The translations under genes were made by a program, and so were the position numbers. Shown here in pieces: positions 40,058 to 52,585 of a stretch of DNA of 64,000 nucleotides. The notes beneath the pieces were generated by a model, which saw only the letters and a list, made by a program, of their open reading frames with translations, did not search any database and had not been told where the DNA came from. Source of the DNA: Tubiluchus corallicola (Eukaryota > Animalia > Priapulida); the NCBI GenBank assembly GCA_030141605.1, contig JAQGDQ010001053.1, positions 3,402-67,401 on the forward strand, read 5' to 3'. The stretch's first letter is position 1. The number at the start of each line of letters is the position of its first letter.

Positions 40058-40375
40058 CTATTACAGTCAATTTTGCTTCATCTGAATCTTCCAGAACGTC
40101 AGGATATTTGAATAATCGACACACGTAGGTTCCATCGTCTTTTGGCACTCCCACAGCATCAATTTTAATACTATGCAGGCCATTTATTACTGGATTCTCA
40201 TACATATAAGATATTCGACCAGAGATACTAAGAATTTTCCCGTCTTTAAACCATGTCACGTTATAGCTAATAACAGAGACAAGTGCCATATTAATTCTAC
40301 ATTCAAGTTCTGCTGTTGAGCCTTGTGGAACTACCAGGCTGGATGGCTGCATGTCAAAATATTCGCATCTGGCAT
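40058..40375 (-). CDS. Ig gene B, V/I-set exon
   Basis: tttacag|AT...ATA G|GTAAG, 318 nt. ELECRI...VTWFKDGK...DDGTYVC. Confidence 0.92.
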
Positions 40376-41295
40376 CTGTAAATATAAATAGCAAGAACAC
40401 ATGTTTTTGACCGACTTTTGTGAACTAGCATATCGTTTATATTAAGTAAAAACAACAAAGGCCAAAGCTTGATCCCTGAGGTGTACCTACAGTAGCTAGA
40501 ACAGCCAACAATAGTACAAATATTCAGTGTTCAAAGCGATAGTCATCAAATTATTGTCATCAAAACTAAAAATTTTGAGTAACACAATTTTATCTTAGAA
40601 GATCAAACACCTTTCATAAATTGAGATACGATATGACAGCTAGTGTTGGGTTCTAAACTTGAGTATCCCAAATATCAAAAAAATCTGATTAAGGTGTTTG
40701 AGCAATAAAAATGTCAAAACTTGGTGGTAGATACGCCTTTTATAAAATTAGGAAGAACTGTGGCAATCCAATAGTTTCCTTAGTCAGTGATAGTTATGTG
40801 ACAGGGACATTGTGTCCAGATCTAATAAACACATTTAACCATTTTTTAATATTCCTATATCAAGTGTCTTTAAATCTGATTTGAGTTGAGTTGAGTATCT
40901 CATTCTGTTCACGTTCTCTGAGATGCTCGCAAATGTACTTTAGCGCTTTTAGGGAAAAAAATTTCAATGTCAGAATCTTTTTGTTATTCTTTATATTTGT
41001 TTTTGCATAAATTGTACTTATCAATTAAGATAAAGTACTTCTAAACTAACATAGTTAATATTACAGATCACTGGCTACATGACTACGTATCATTTTCATT
41101 GATTATCACTGTAATTTATAAACTAATTTCTATTGAATGGCAGATAAAATCTATTTTGTCATTAGCTTATATTTTGATCATAATTATCTTTGTTTTACAA
41201 TTGCTTCGCAATGCTGTATTAAAACTGATATAAAAAGATAATTATATAATTACGAAGTAATATAAATAGCTGAAAGTGGGCAATTTAGACAAGCA

Positions 41296-42017
41296 TCTAT
41301 ACTCTTATATTAATATTCTTGGTATATATATATATATTACGTCGTGCCATTAATGGTTTATTTTTCGAATGGGGCCACCGGGAGGAAGGGGGGGGCGAAA
41401 AACCTCCAAAAATGGCCCTTTTTCGGCCGTTTTTTGCAAAAGTTATACGGCTGAGATGTAGAGGGGGGTGCTGGGTATGGATAGAGAGCCCGTTCAGCGG
41501 TGGGTGTAGTAGGCATATTTAGAATTCCCGAGAGGGCCAGGGCGCCACGCAACGGGCGTTTTCCCGGACCCAACTCGCGATTTTTTCGAAATTTTGACCA
41601 AACAGCCTGCGGAAAAAACGTTCTAGCGGTGCCTGGTGGGACTCTCGGAAGGAGATATATAGCTCTTTACAAAGAGGAAGGACGGGGCTACACGATGGTG
41701 AGGGTTATATTTTAGGGCAGGTCCACCGAGAGGAGTATCAACGAGTTAATTAGCTGTTCTATTTTCGGCGATTTTCGCTTAGAAAACTGTGGTGACGCAT
41801 TCCATTGGGCTGACGTCATCCATTGTACTCTGCTGTAACCTTATAACTTTAATTCAGCAAAAAGCTGCCTGCTACGGGTTTGCGTTAGATAAACAGACAT
41901 GCAGTAGACAGGATGTTACGGGCTTTGTGTTATAAATGAGGACTGTGTAGGATGTTCGCGTGTTATTGATTATACGTGGGTTTTTTTACGCAAAATCTTT
42001 TGCGGGGCGTTTGCTAG
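41296..42017 (+). mobile_element. Non-autonomous Helitron, copy 1
   Basis: 5' A|TCTATA, 3' hairpin cgcaaaa-tc-ttttgcg followed by CTAG|T. Near-identical copy at 50408-51104. Confidence 0.8.
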
Positions 42018-42244
42018 TAAACATATTAAAACTTATTCGCAGAGAATTGGGGATATCAGACGAATAAATTGCATGTTGCTTTAACGCAGGCTTGAGATTA
42101 GCAAGAATCCGACTTTTGCTTACACGTTTAGCACGAATATCATCTAAAATCTTATCAGTAGCCAAATCATAACGCTTACGAAAGGATTTAAATGCATGAG
42201 AGTGACAAAAGATGAAAAAAACCAAAGCACTGCACAGAAGTTAC

Positions 42245-42373
42245 CTATATCACCGATGCAACACTTCACATTAAAAGGCTGAGTGGGGCACTTATTTGAA
42301 ACTGTGACCCCATTACATTTTGATTCCAACGCACACTGTCCACCTTCAGACAAGCACTGTTGCTCTTGATATA
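42245..42373 (-). CDS. Six-Cys beta-defensin-like module exon 3 (Ig gene B)
   Basis: tcttttag|TA...ATA G|GTAAC, 129 nt. YQEQQCLSEGGQCALESKCNGVTVSNKCPTQPFNVKCCIGDI. Confidence 0.85.
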
Positions 42374-42876
42374 CTAAAAGAAATGAAAAAAACGCACAAT
42401 AAAATTTCTTAAAATTTATCACTAATAAGCGCATTGTCGTTTGTACAATGGCGACAATGACATTCTAAATAACATATTACGAAATGCATTCCACGACAAC
42501 GATAAATGGCATTCTACATGAGATATCCAAGCAGATGGGCGGAAAAAACTCAACAAACCATGCTTCGCATTCCGGACTAGTTTACTACACAAAAGAATTC
42601 ATTAAATATGCAGATTAAACTACTGTAATATGACTGAATATTACGCTTTCATTAGACCTACAGTAGTAGTAATATTTTATTGACAATATTAACATTATAG
42701 TCCATCAGCAACATTGCAAAAATTAGCACGGAGTTAGAATAAGACCAATGTTAACAACAAATGAGAACACAGCAAGTTTCAAAATTGCTAACAAGAATTT
42801 ACCACAAAATTCAGTCCCTAAATCAAATAGCTGTTGCACTCTGTTTAAATACATGGCACATATTTCTCTCATTGGC

Positions 42877-43186
42877 TCAGATAATCTATAATGTACAGTA
42901 ACGTAGGACTCGTCTTAAACAGAGACGTTATCACACCTGAATACCCTGTTATCATGAGGAATGAGTGACCTGGCCCAGGCTCAGATAATCTACAATGTAC
43001 AGTAACATGCGACTCGTCTTAAACAGAGACGTTATCACACCTGAATACCCTGTTATCATGAGGAATGAGTGACCTGGCCCGGGCTCAGATAATCTACAAT
43101 GTACAGTAACGTAGGACTCGTCTTGAACAGAGACGTTATCACACCTGTATACCCTGTTATCACGAGGATATGGATGACCTGGCCCG
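42877..43186. repeat. ~104-bp minisatellite (3 copies)
   Basis: ctcagataatctacaatgtac...ttatcacacctg...gacctggccc unit. Confidence 0.9.
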
Positions 43187-43511
43187 TCTACCAGTCTTGA
43201 CGCTCAGATGATGAGACGACAGCATAAACATATTAAAACTTATTCGCAGAGAATTGGGGATATCAAACGAATAAATTACACGTTGCTTTAACGCAGGCTT
43301 GAGATTAGCAAGAATACCGACTTTTGCTTACACGTTTAGCACGAATATTATCTAAAATGTTATCAGCAACCCAATCATAACGCTTACGAAAGGATTCAAA
43401 CGCACCAAGCTTTTTATCTAAAAACTGTTTTATCTACGCTTAGTTAATTAACACACATGAATTTTTGGTTTGGTATTTGAAATAAGGTGAGGGTTAGAAC
43501 AGCAAACTTAC

Positions 43512-43634
43512 TCCCCAGGCAGCATTTTACGTTGTTTGGTTGATTGGGACAGAATCCGCTCACATATTCATTGTTATCACACCAATCATCGTAGGTGCAC
43601 CTGCCTGCAATTTCGGCACATAGCTCCACTTGAT
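43512..43634 (-). CDS. Six-Cys beta-defensin-like module exon 2 (Ig gene B)
   Basis: cttttcag|AT...GGG A|GTAAG, 123 nt. DQVELCAEIAGRCTYDDWCDNNEYVSGFCPNQPNNVKCCLG. Confidence 0.85.
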
Positions 43635-44074
43635 CTGAAAAGCGACCAAGAACATGTGTATATATATATTTCAACATTGTTGTAAAGGCATTTTGTTTTT
43701 TTTCTTTATTTTTGATCGTTTAACTTGCTACGGTATTGCAGCTTCATCTTAGCTGTCTTTACTATTAATGGTAACATTAACATAGTCAGACGAAACGAAC
43801 ACCGTTTTTATTATATTGCTATAAAATGTGCGAACAAAGAATGGTATCTATAACTTTTTGTTTATATAGTTTTTGTAAAGCACACTGTATGCAGTTCTTA
43901 TAGTACCCCTTCTATGTGGTTATCATATAAAGACTTATATATATATATATATATGTCATACGTTATAAAGTAATATAATAACATATAACTATAACGATAA
44001 TGACTATAGTATATATAACTATATATATATATATAGATAGATAGATAGATATATACAATATACTATATAGCGAA

Positions 44075-44825
44075 CTCAGATAATCTACAATGTACAACAA
44101 CATAGGACTCGTCTTGAACAGAGACATTATCACACCTGTATACCTTGTTATCACAAGGAATGAGTGGCCTGGCCCGGGCTCAGATAATCTGCAATGTACA
44201 ACAACATAGGACTCATCTTGAACAGAGACATTATCACACCTGTATACCCTGTTATCACAAGGAATGAGTGGCCTGGCCTCAGATAATCTACAATGTACAA
44301 TAACATGCGACTCGTCTTGAACAGAGACGTTATCACACCTGTATACCCTGTTATCACAAGGAATGAGTGGCCTGGCCCGGGCTCAGATAATCTACAATGT
44401 ACAATAACATGCGACTCGTCTTGAACAGAGACATTATCACACCTGTATACCCTGTTATCACAAGGAATGAGTGGCCTGGCCCGGGCTCAGATAATCTACA
44501 ATGTTCAATAACATGCGACTCGTCTTGAACAGAGACATTATCACACCTGTATAGCCTGTTATCACAAGGAATGAGTGGCCTGGCCCGGGCTCAGATAATC
44601 TACAATGTTCAATAACATGCGACTCGTCTTGAACAGAGACATTATCACACCTGTATACCCTGTTATCACAAGGAATGAGTGGTTTGGCCCGGGCTCAGAT
44701 AATCTACAATGTTCAATAACATGCGACTCGTCTTGAACAGAGACATTATCACACCTGTATAGCCTGTTATCACAAGGAATGAGTGGAATGGCCCTCGCTC
44801 AGATAATCTACAATGTTCAATAACT
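44075..44825. repeat. ~104-bp minisatellite (about 7 copies; one more unit at 45913-46007)
   Basis: Same unit as 42877, recurring every ~104 bp. Confidence 0.92.
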
Positions 44826-45003
44826 CGCAGAATGAAGTGCATTCTATTTCGCCTACCTGTATTTTAACACGTCCCCATGATTGCCGTCTTAAAGCCATAT
44901 GATGGCCTATTTTTTAACATCAGTGCACAAAAAATTAAGCATTTTATTGACAAGCAATTACAATGCAGGTGTGAAAAATGTCAAAGCGTTGCACAGAAAT
45001 TAC

Positions 45004-45132
45004 CTGAATAACTGACGCAACACGTAAAGTTAGAAGGGTGATTGGGGCACAGTGAAACTGAGAACCCCCAACAACTTGACTCCAACACACACCGTCCATT
45101 TTGTGACATGCACTGTTGTTGATCTTGACATA
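45004..45132 (-). CDS. Six-Cys beta-defensin-like module exon 1 (Ig gene B)
   Basis: ttcttctag|TA...TCA G|GTAAT, 129 nt. CQDQQQCMSQNGRCVLESSCWGFSVSLCPNHPSNFTCCVSYS. Confidence 0.85.
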
Positions 45133-45707
45133 CTAGAAGAAATGAAAAAAATGCACAATAAAATTTCCAAAAATTTATCACTAATATCACATTGTCGTTT
45201 GTATAATGGCGACAATAACATTCTAAATAACATATTACAAAATGGATTCCATGACAATGATAAAAGGTATTCTACATGAGATATCCAAGCAGATTGGCAA
45301 AAAAACTCAATAACACATGCTTCGCATTCCGGACTAGTTTACTACACAAAAGAATTCATTAAATATGCAGATTAAACTACTGTAATATGACTGAATATTA
45401 CGCTTTCATTAGGCCTACAGTAGTAGTAATATTTTATTGACAATATTAACATTATAGTCCATCAGCAACATTGCAAAAATTAGCACGGAGTTAGAATAAG
45501 ACCAATGTTAACAACAAATGAGAACACAGCAAGTTTCTTTTTTTTCTTCAATCCAACCCCTTCTATGTGGTTATCACTTTATATATAACTATGCTTAACT
45601 ATAATATAATAATATATTGTAATATATAGTTTAACCAGACTCATCTAACTATCTCATATATTATAAAGTAATATAATAATATATAACTATAACTATAATA
45701 ACTATAG

Positions 45708-45915
<208 letters not shown>

Positions 45916-46023
45916 CTACAATGTACAATAACATGCGATTCGTCTTGAACAGAGACGTTATCACACCTGCATACTCTGTTATCACGAGGAATGGGTGACC
46001 TGGCCTGGTGAGAGGGAGAGGGA

Positions 46024-46769
46024 GAGGGTCGAAGATTTGTGGTCAAAACGGATGCAAAATCACTTGTCCCCTTACAAAACATGAAAGTTAAAAACAAGAG
46101 AATTGCTAGATGGATTTTGCTCCTTCAGGAGTATACTTTCACACTTGAGCACATTCCTGGAGTAAAGAATGAATGTGCTGATGCTCTTAGTAGGATGTGA
46201 ATACTTTTATCACTTTTTTGATAGAAGAGCATATTTTTCTTTTGAGAACCTTGGAAACTTTAAAGCAAAGTGATCTGTAATATGGATCGAACTTTTTTTT
46301 TGATATATTTTTTTTGCCAGAGAAAGGTTATCACAATTTCTTTTCACTTTAATGTTGCATATAGATTTAAAGTGGTGACGTCCTTTTTTTAGTCCATCAC
46401 ACACTTTTTGGAGAGGGGGACTCTGTCATGTTTCGCCCTACATTTAATAGTTCTCACATTATGCTTATGCAACATTAAGCCCTATTCATACTGTATGTTC
46501 AATTAATTGATATGTATGATATTTAGCTACTGGCAGTGATAGTTAATTGTGTTATTAATTACTGATATTTTGTTAGGATGTAGGCACCTACTAACAAACC
46601 CCCTTTTGAATTCCGTCTGACCCACTCTTGTCTGCCCTATCGCGGCTGTAATGCAGTGGCTAAGTCAAGGTTAACGATAGTGCACAGGCGAATAAAATTA
46701 TAGCTGTTTACGCGAGTGGTCTCGATGAACTTCGTGCAACACGGTTTAGATAAAGACGGCAACTTGACA
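46024..46769 (+). mobile_element. 3' fragment of Ty3/Gypsy LTR retrotransposon (RNase H end, PPT, 3' LTR)
   Basis: GRRFVVKTDAKSL...RIARWILLLQEYTFTLEHIPGVKNECADALSRM* (46024-46200). PPT ggagaggggga. LTR TGTCA(46424)...AATAAA...TGACA(46769). Confidence 0.88.
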
Positions 46770-47083
46770 CAGAACGAGACAGGTCGTTTACTCGTCTCTG
46801 TGAAGTTACATGTTTTTGAAGAGAAATGCCGTAGTAGAAAGTTTCACACAAGATATGGTGTGTAATTCTCATTTTTTCTCACCTAGTCTCCGAGGTGAAT
46901 GGACGTGCTCTCGCGAGCTGCGATAATCAGTGTAGTGGAACGTAACAATAATTGAATTTACGTAACGTATAGTGTTAGCTAGCATGTTATTTAAAGATAG
47001 TGAAAAGTAACTATAAAGTCTGTTTGGTACAGAAAATCTATTATTCTATGGTGAACATTTTATATTAAATATAAATATTTAAT

Positions 47084-49630
47084 GTGAAAGTTAATAGTGG
47101 ACACAAGTTACATGATATGGCAAATTCAACTAAATCAGCTGACATTGGTAAGATTACGATTCCACTATTAAGAGAAAAACTATATGAATCATTCCCGAAT
47201 CAAATCACTATAAATGAGCACGTTGATGACACAGGCAGTGTAACAGTAAGAGGAGAGGAGTTACACAACTTGGTGTATGGCATGACGTATGCAATGAATA
47301 GTCTAGAACCGAGGGCGAAAGTAACTGTGACCAGTAATGAACAGAAACAGTATTCAAGTTACAAATTAAGCGTCTCAAGAAAAGTTACTGTTTTTATCAT
47401 TTTACTGTTTATATATTTTATCTAAATAATGGGTTCCAATTTTATTATTATATTTAAATTTGTCACGATAATTGCTGTACTCGTCTTAATTAATTTCATT
47501 TCACAATATAAAATAGCAAAGTCTGCGTTTAATGATGGAAGCAACTGTAAAATACAATTAGTTATTTCTTTCTCTTGTCATATGTTATTTCTAATCAGCA
47601 TACAAACATTCACGAACATAGCAAAGAAATTACCAGTTAGTGTGTTAATAATAATTATAGCTATCTGGAAAATTAACAGTATATCAACATTTTACTCATT
47701 GTACTTTGTTCAAAACGCAATTGGAATTTTATATTACATAACTATTTATTATGGATGCATTAAGCCGAGTAAACTATGTACAAAATTAATTTTTATAACA
47801 GCAGTGTGCTTACTTTGGAGCTCAGAAAATATCGCTGTATATGTGGTTGAATTGAGGCATCTGTATTATAAGCAATATGTCACGCGATTAACTCTCTTTA
47901 CTATTGCAATACTATCGTTACTAATATCGCTCTATATAAAAGTTCGAAAGCAAATTCGTTTGGTGCAGCCCTACTATAAGTGCATACAAACTATTGTAAG
48001 AGTGATTCAAATTTATACTAACTTTACACATGCACTATTAATTACTGTTTTGCTACTCATATTAGGAGGAATCGAAAGTAACCCAGGCCCAACAAAATAC
48101 AATAACCCAACAATAAATACAGAATTAAAAAGTTTCATTTACAATTATAAAAAACATCTAAAGTTCCTTCACATTAATATTCAAAGCTTAGTAAAAAAAC
48201 ATGAATATCTAAAAAATACAGTCCATGCCACGGAAAATCTAATTATTGGCATAAGTGAAACATGGCTACATAAACAAATTTCAAGTACTTCAATACAGTT
48301 ACCAAATCACACATTATTCAGAAGGGATCGAACAAAAAACAAAAAAGGAGGAGGAGTAGCCATCTATATACCATCACATTTCACAGCCACAGAAACAAAG
48401 GGTATGCGAACAGGAAAGATTGAATCTCTGTGGTGCAATATCGGGGATTACTTAGTATGCACTGTTTATAGACCTCCACATACTAAATTAAAAACTTTTT
48501 TTAAATACTTCGGAATAGAATTAGAAAGAGCAGTATTTGAAAACAAACAAATCTTAATTATGGGCGATTTTAATATTAACACTCTTACTAATAATACTGC
48601 TTCCTATACAAAGTACAAAGAACTTCTAAATTTATTTAATGTGGAACTATTAAACAACGATAAACCAACAAGGTGCAATAAAACGTCTTTTACTTTAATC
48701 GATCATTTTATTACTAATAACCCTTGCAAATTCATAGCTCATGACAGCATACCTTGTGAATATTCAGATCACAATTTTATAATTACTGCTGATAAATTAT
48801 TCCACTTTAATGCAGCAAATCATAATTCGTGTTGGAAAAGTTTCAGAGATTTCACACACTATAATGAGACATACTTTTTAAATGACTTAGCTAAAATGAA
48901 CTGGAGCGAGATATACCTTACAACAAATATAAACACTCAAGTAGACATTTTAATAAACAATATCCAATACTGCTTAGATCTTCATGCACCTTTCAAAAAA
49001 GTTAAAGAATTGAACATCAAATCAAAGCTTAATTGTGAAAGTAAATGGACAAATGTTGAACTTAATGATTTAAGAAATAGTAAAAATAACTTATATAACA
49101 TATGGCTTAACACTAAATCTAAAAATGACCACATAAAGTACAAGAAAGCTAGAAACAAATTCAACAATCTTAATAAAATTCTAAAAAACAGATATATTCA
49201 AAAACAATGCAGTAGTGCCTCCACTACAAAACAAAAATGGACAGTGATCAACAATGTTATAAATAAACATAAAAATAAACAAAATAGGTTAAATGAACTT
49301 AAAATCAACAATACCACAATAACGAAACCCAAAGATATTGCGAATTTGTTAAATGAGACGTTTTTTAACCTCGGAAACTTTAATTTGCAGAATGATTATA
49401 CTGATACCATAAAGGACAAACTAAAAACTATAGGACCTGCAAATAACCAATTTTCATTTTCCAGTGTTACGTTTGCTGACATTTTAAAAATAATAAATAA
49501 TTTAGATGCCAATAAAGGTAGTGGCACATCTGACATACCAATAAAAATTCTAAAGGACAGTATGCATTTAATTGCTCCACATATTTAAAATGGCAAATAA
49601 AGATTTTACTACTACTACTACTACTACTAA
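47084..49630 (+). mobile_element. APE-type LINE (CR1/L2-group-like), internally deleted, with 2A-like motif
   Basis: ORF 47429-49588 has a hydrophobic leader, GIESNPGP, then APE endonuclease (HINIQSL, GISETWL, GGGVAIY, VYRPP, MGDFN, LIDH, SDH). It ends just before the RT core, followed by AATAAA and a (CTA)n tail. Confidence 0.9.
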
Positions 49631-50407
49631 TGTCCATGGTGATACTGTGAGAGCCTAGTTGTTGTAAGCTGTGGTCGTCAAACAGAGTTGTCCAGAGGTG
49701 CTGGCTTGCAGTCTGCAATAGTGGAGTTATCCACTGACTGACAAATGGGTCGACCTACTACAGAACCACATCCAGGGTGGTAACAGGTACTTTTCGCTTT
49801 TGTTACGATCGTAACTAACGTCGCACTGATAACGTAAACATCACGTATACTAGCCTAATGTTCTTCGATGTTACTTGCTGGGTCAAGACTAATTGGTAGT
49901 TTCTCTGACGAAGTTTGGAATCACAACTGTATTCAGATGCAGAGGTTATATTACGACGTATTGTTACCGTTCTACAAACTGTTCATTTTAAAGGAAAAGT
50001 GTTCCAAAAAACCTAGGTACATAGTGGGCAGACATGAACTTTATGCAAACGTATTTACCCTACTAACCCCAAGCTTTGTCAATATTGCTATATCTTTGTT
50101 ATTACTGAAATTTTGCTTAAAACGAATCACTTTGGAATTTGTTGATAATTAAATTGCTTGATTAATTATTTTAACGCCTGCCATTTGATCTTTCTTTTTC
50201 TTCAATCCATGAGTGTATAGAGTGCAAATAGGCCATAGTCCCCCGTATTTTTAACATCAGCCTTAGGCCGATCTGCATCCATACATTTAGTGACTATCAT
50301 ACTAGCTCCCTTCTGTTATGAGAAGTAAAACTAACGCAGCATGCCCCTCTTTGATTCCCCTAGAGGAAATACAGGATCAGGGTCATCACAGGCACCATTT
50401 GCGGCGA

Positions 50408-51104
50408 TCTATATATCAAACGAAAGGTCTCGATCCAGTGTCGTGCCATTGAAGGTTTATTTTTCGAATCGGGCCCAGCGGGAGGAGGGGGGCGAAAAAC
50501 CTCCAAAAATGGCCCTTTTTCGGCCGTTTTTTGCAAAAGTTATACGGCTGAGATGTAGAGGGGGGTGCTGGGTATGGGTAGAGAGCCCGTTCAGCGGTGG
50601 GTGTAGTAGGCATATTTAGAATTCCCGAGAGGGCCAGGGCGCCCCGCAACGGGCGTTTTCCCGGACCCAACTCGCGATTTTTTCGAAATTTTGACCAAAC
50701 AGCCTGCGGAAAAAACGTTCTAGCGGCGCCTGGTGGGACTCTCGGAAGGAGATATATAGCTCTTTACAAAGAGGAAGGACGGGGCTACACGATGATGTGG
50801 GTTATATTTTAGGGCAAGTCCACCGAGAGGAGTATTGGCGAGTTAATTAGATGTTCTATTTTCGGCGATTTTCGCTTAGAAAACTGTGGTGACGCATTCC
50901 ATTGTGCTGACGTCATCCATTGTACTCTGCTGTAATCTTATAACTTTAATTCAGCAAAAAGCTGCCTGCTACGGGTTTGCGTTAGATAAACAGACATACA
51001 GTAGACAGGATGTTGTGTTATAAAAGAGGACTGTGTAGGATGTTCGCGTGTTATTGATTATACGTGGTTTTTTTACGCAAAATCTTTTGCGGGGCGTTTG
51101 CTAG
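50408..51104 (+). mobile_element. Non-autonomous Helitron, copy 2
   Basis: A|TCTATATA start, same body as copy 1, hairpin plus CTAG|T end. Confidence 0.8.
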
Positions 51105-51769
51105 TATTAATTAATAAAAAAAACTGTCTTTACTGAAAAGGGAAAGTTGTTAATAAAAAGAGCAATTTTTGGAATTTATGCTTATTGTAGTGTCTTACCT
51201 ATTATGGTGATTACTGCTGAATACAAGAGGTTGCAATTTACTGTGCACTCTAGGTTTCTAACACCATTTTTGTTGGTGATATATTGTTGGATGATTATGA
51301 CAATAATGATGCTACTATGATGATGAGAATTTAATGATGATCTGCAGTTATGAAATAAAAATATTTTACAAAAATCGTTTTGAAAAAAAACTGAAAAATT
51401 TGAAGGAAATACAGCTTGTTATAAGACAAAATAATCGAAGTCAAACAAATTTTTGTCTTTACAATTTTTGCCGTTTATAACTAATTTTGTACATAAGATG
51501 TAGTCGTTAGCATAGACTTTAAGAAACTAACATCAAAAAGCAGTGGAAACTGATCAAGTTTGCTGTAATCGTAAGTCAGAGACACTATCAAAAACAATAA
51601 TAATTCGTTTGTGAATTTTTGATAATTGGCTATTTTTAAATTATACATGAAAGTCTGGAAAATGACCTAATCGAACGTAAAATAATTAAGAAACAACAAA
51701 TTGGATTAAAGATATTGTCACAAGCGTCACATTAAATACGTGCCTTGAAAAGTGTAGTTGGCAAATTAC

Positions 51770-52220
51770 ATAATTATGCATGCTTTATTTACCTTAAAAA
51801 GCATTTGATGTTTTACAGACATTTTTTATTTTAAAAATTGCCAAAATATGATTTAGGCACACAACATAATAAAAAGCAAGTACGCATCTATAAATGAGCA
51901 TTTTAAAATCTTGAACAATAATTTACCTGATTTTTTTCCAGTAAATATCGGCGTTACACAGGGATGCATATTATGTCCAGTTTTGTTTAATTTGTTTATA
52001 AAAGACATTGGAATCACAACGATTTTTTATTATAAGTGTAATTCGTTCATATTAAATATCAATTACTTGCAATTACAAATGTGTAATTACTTCTCAGAAA
52101 GGCTTACAGAATAGTCTACATGGGGTAAAACAGTACTGTGATTTCAGCTTGCTAAATATTTACATAGAAAAAACAAAATTAATTATTTTCAACAAAGGAG
52201 GTCACAGAATATCCAAGTAA
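51770..52220 (+). mobile_element. Decayed LINE reverse-transcriptase fragment
   Basis: Frameshifted CFI.LKK.FD-like segment and GVTQGCILCPVLFNLFIKD motif. Confidence 0.75.
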
Positions 52221-52536
52221 AGTTTTACTTAGACCAGGATTTGATTAAATATCTGATCTGAATATTTTTGTAAAAACTATTATAGGTAAAAAAATTGCAA
52301 AGCATTAGGTACATCATTTTAGCACATAGATTTCAAAAGGAAGTACTACATACAACCTGTAAGCCATAAGCAGTTGCAGTAAACAATAAACCGTCAGAGT
52401 TAGTAAAAACATTACTATTATTCCACACAATATTTTTATCTAAAAGTACCAAAAGTACTTGTTTATACTACCTAAAAGAGCTTAATTAAAAACTAAGAAG
52501 TAGCTTTTCAAAAAAGATAACAATAAATTCACTTAC

Positions 52537-52585
52537 CGCTTACAGCAAATACCAGTAGAATGGCTACTTTTGCAGTGACTGACAT
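52537..52585 (-). CDS. Ig gene B, signal-peptide exon
   Basis: ATG TCA GTC...AGC G|GTAAGT = MSVTAKVAILLVFAVS, phase 1. TATAAAA at 52667-52673. Confidence 0.8.

Noticed and set aside
41319-41715. GC-rich short ORFs duplicated at 50341-50812
   Set aside because: Internal to a non-autonomous Helitron, with no recognisable domain.
51199-51240. Small hydrophobic exon candidate (NCNLLYSAVITII) in intron 1 of Ig gene B
   Set aside because: The donor is good and the phase is compatible, but the acceptor lacks a pyrimidine tract and no counterpart was seen in copy A.
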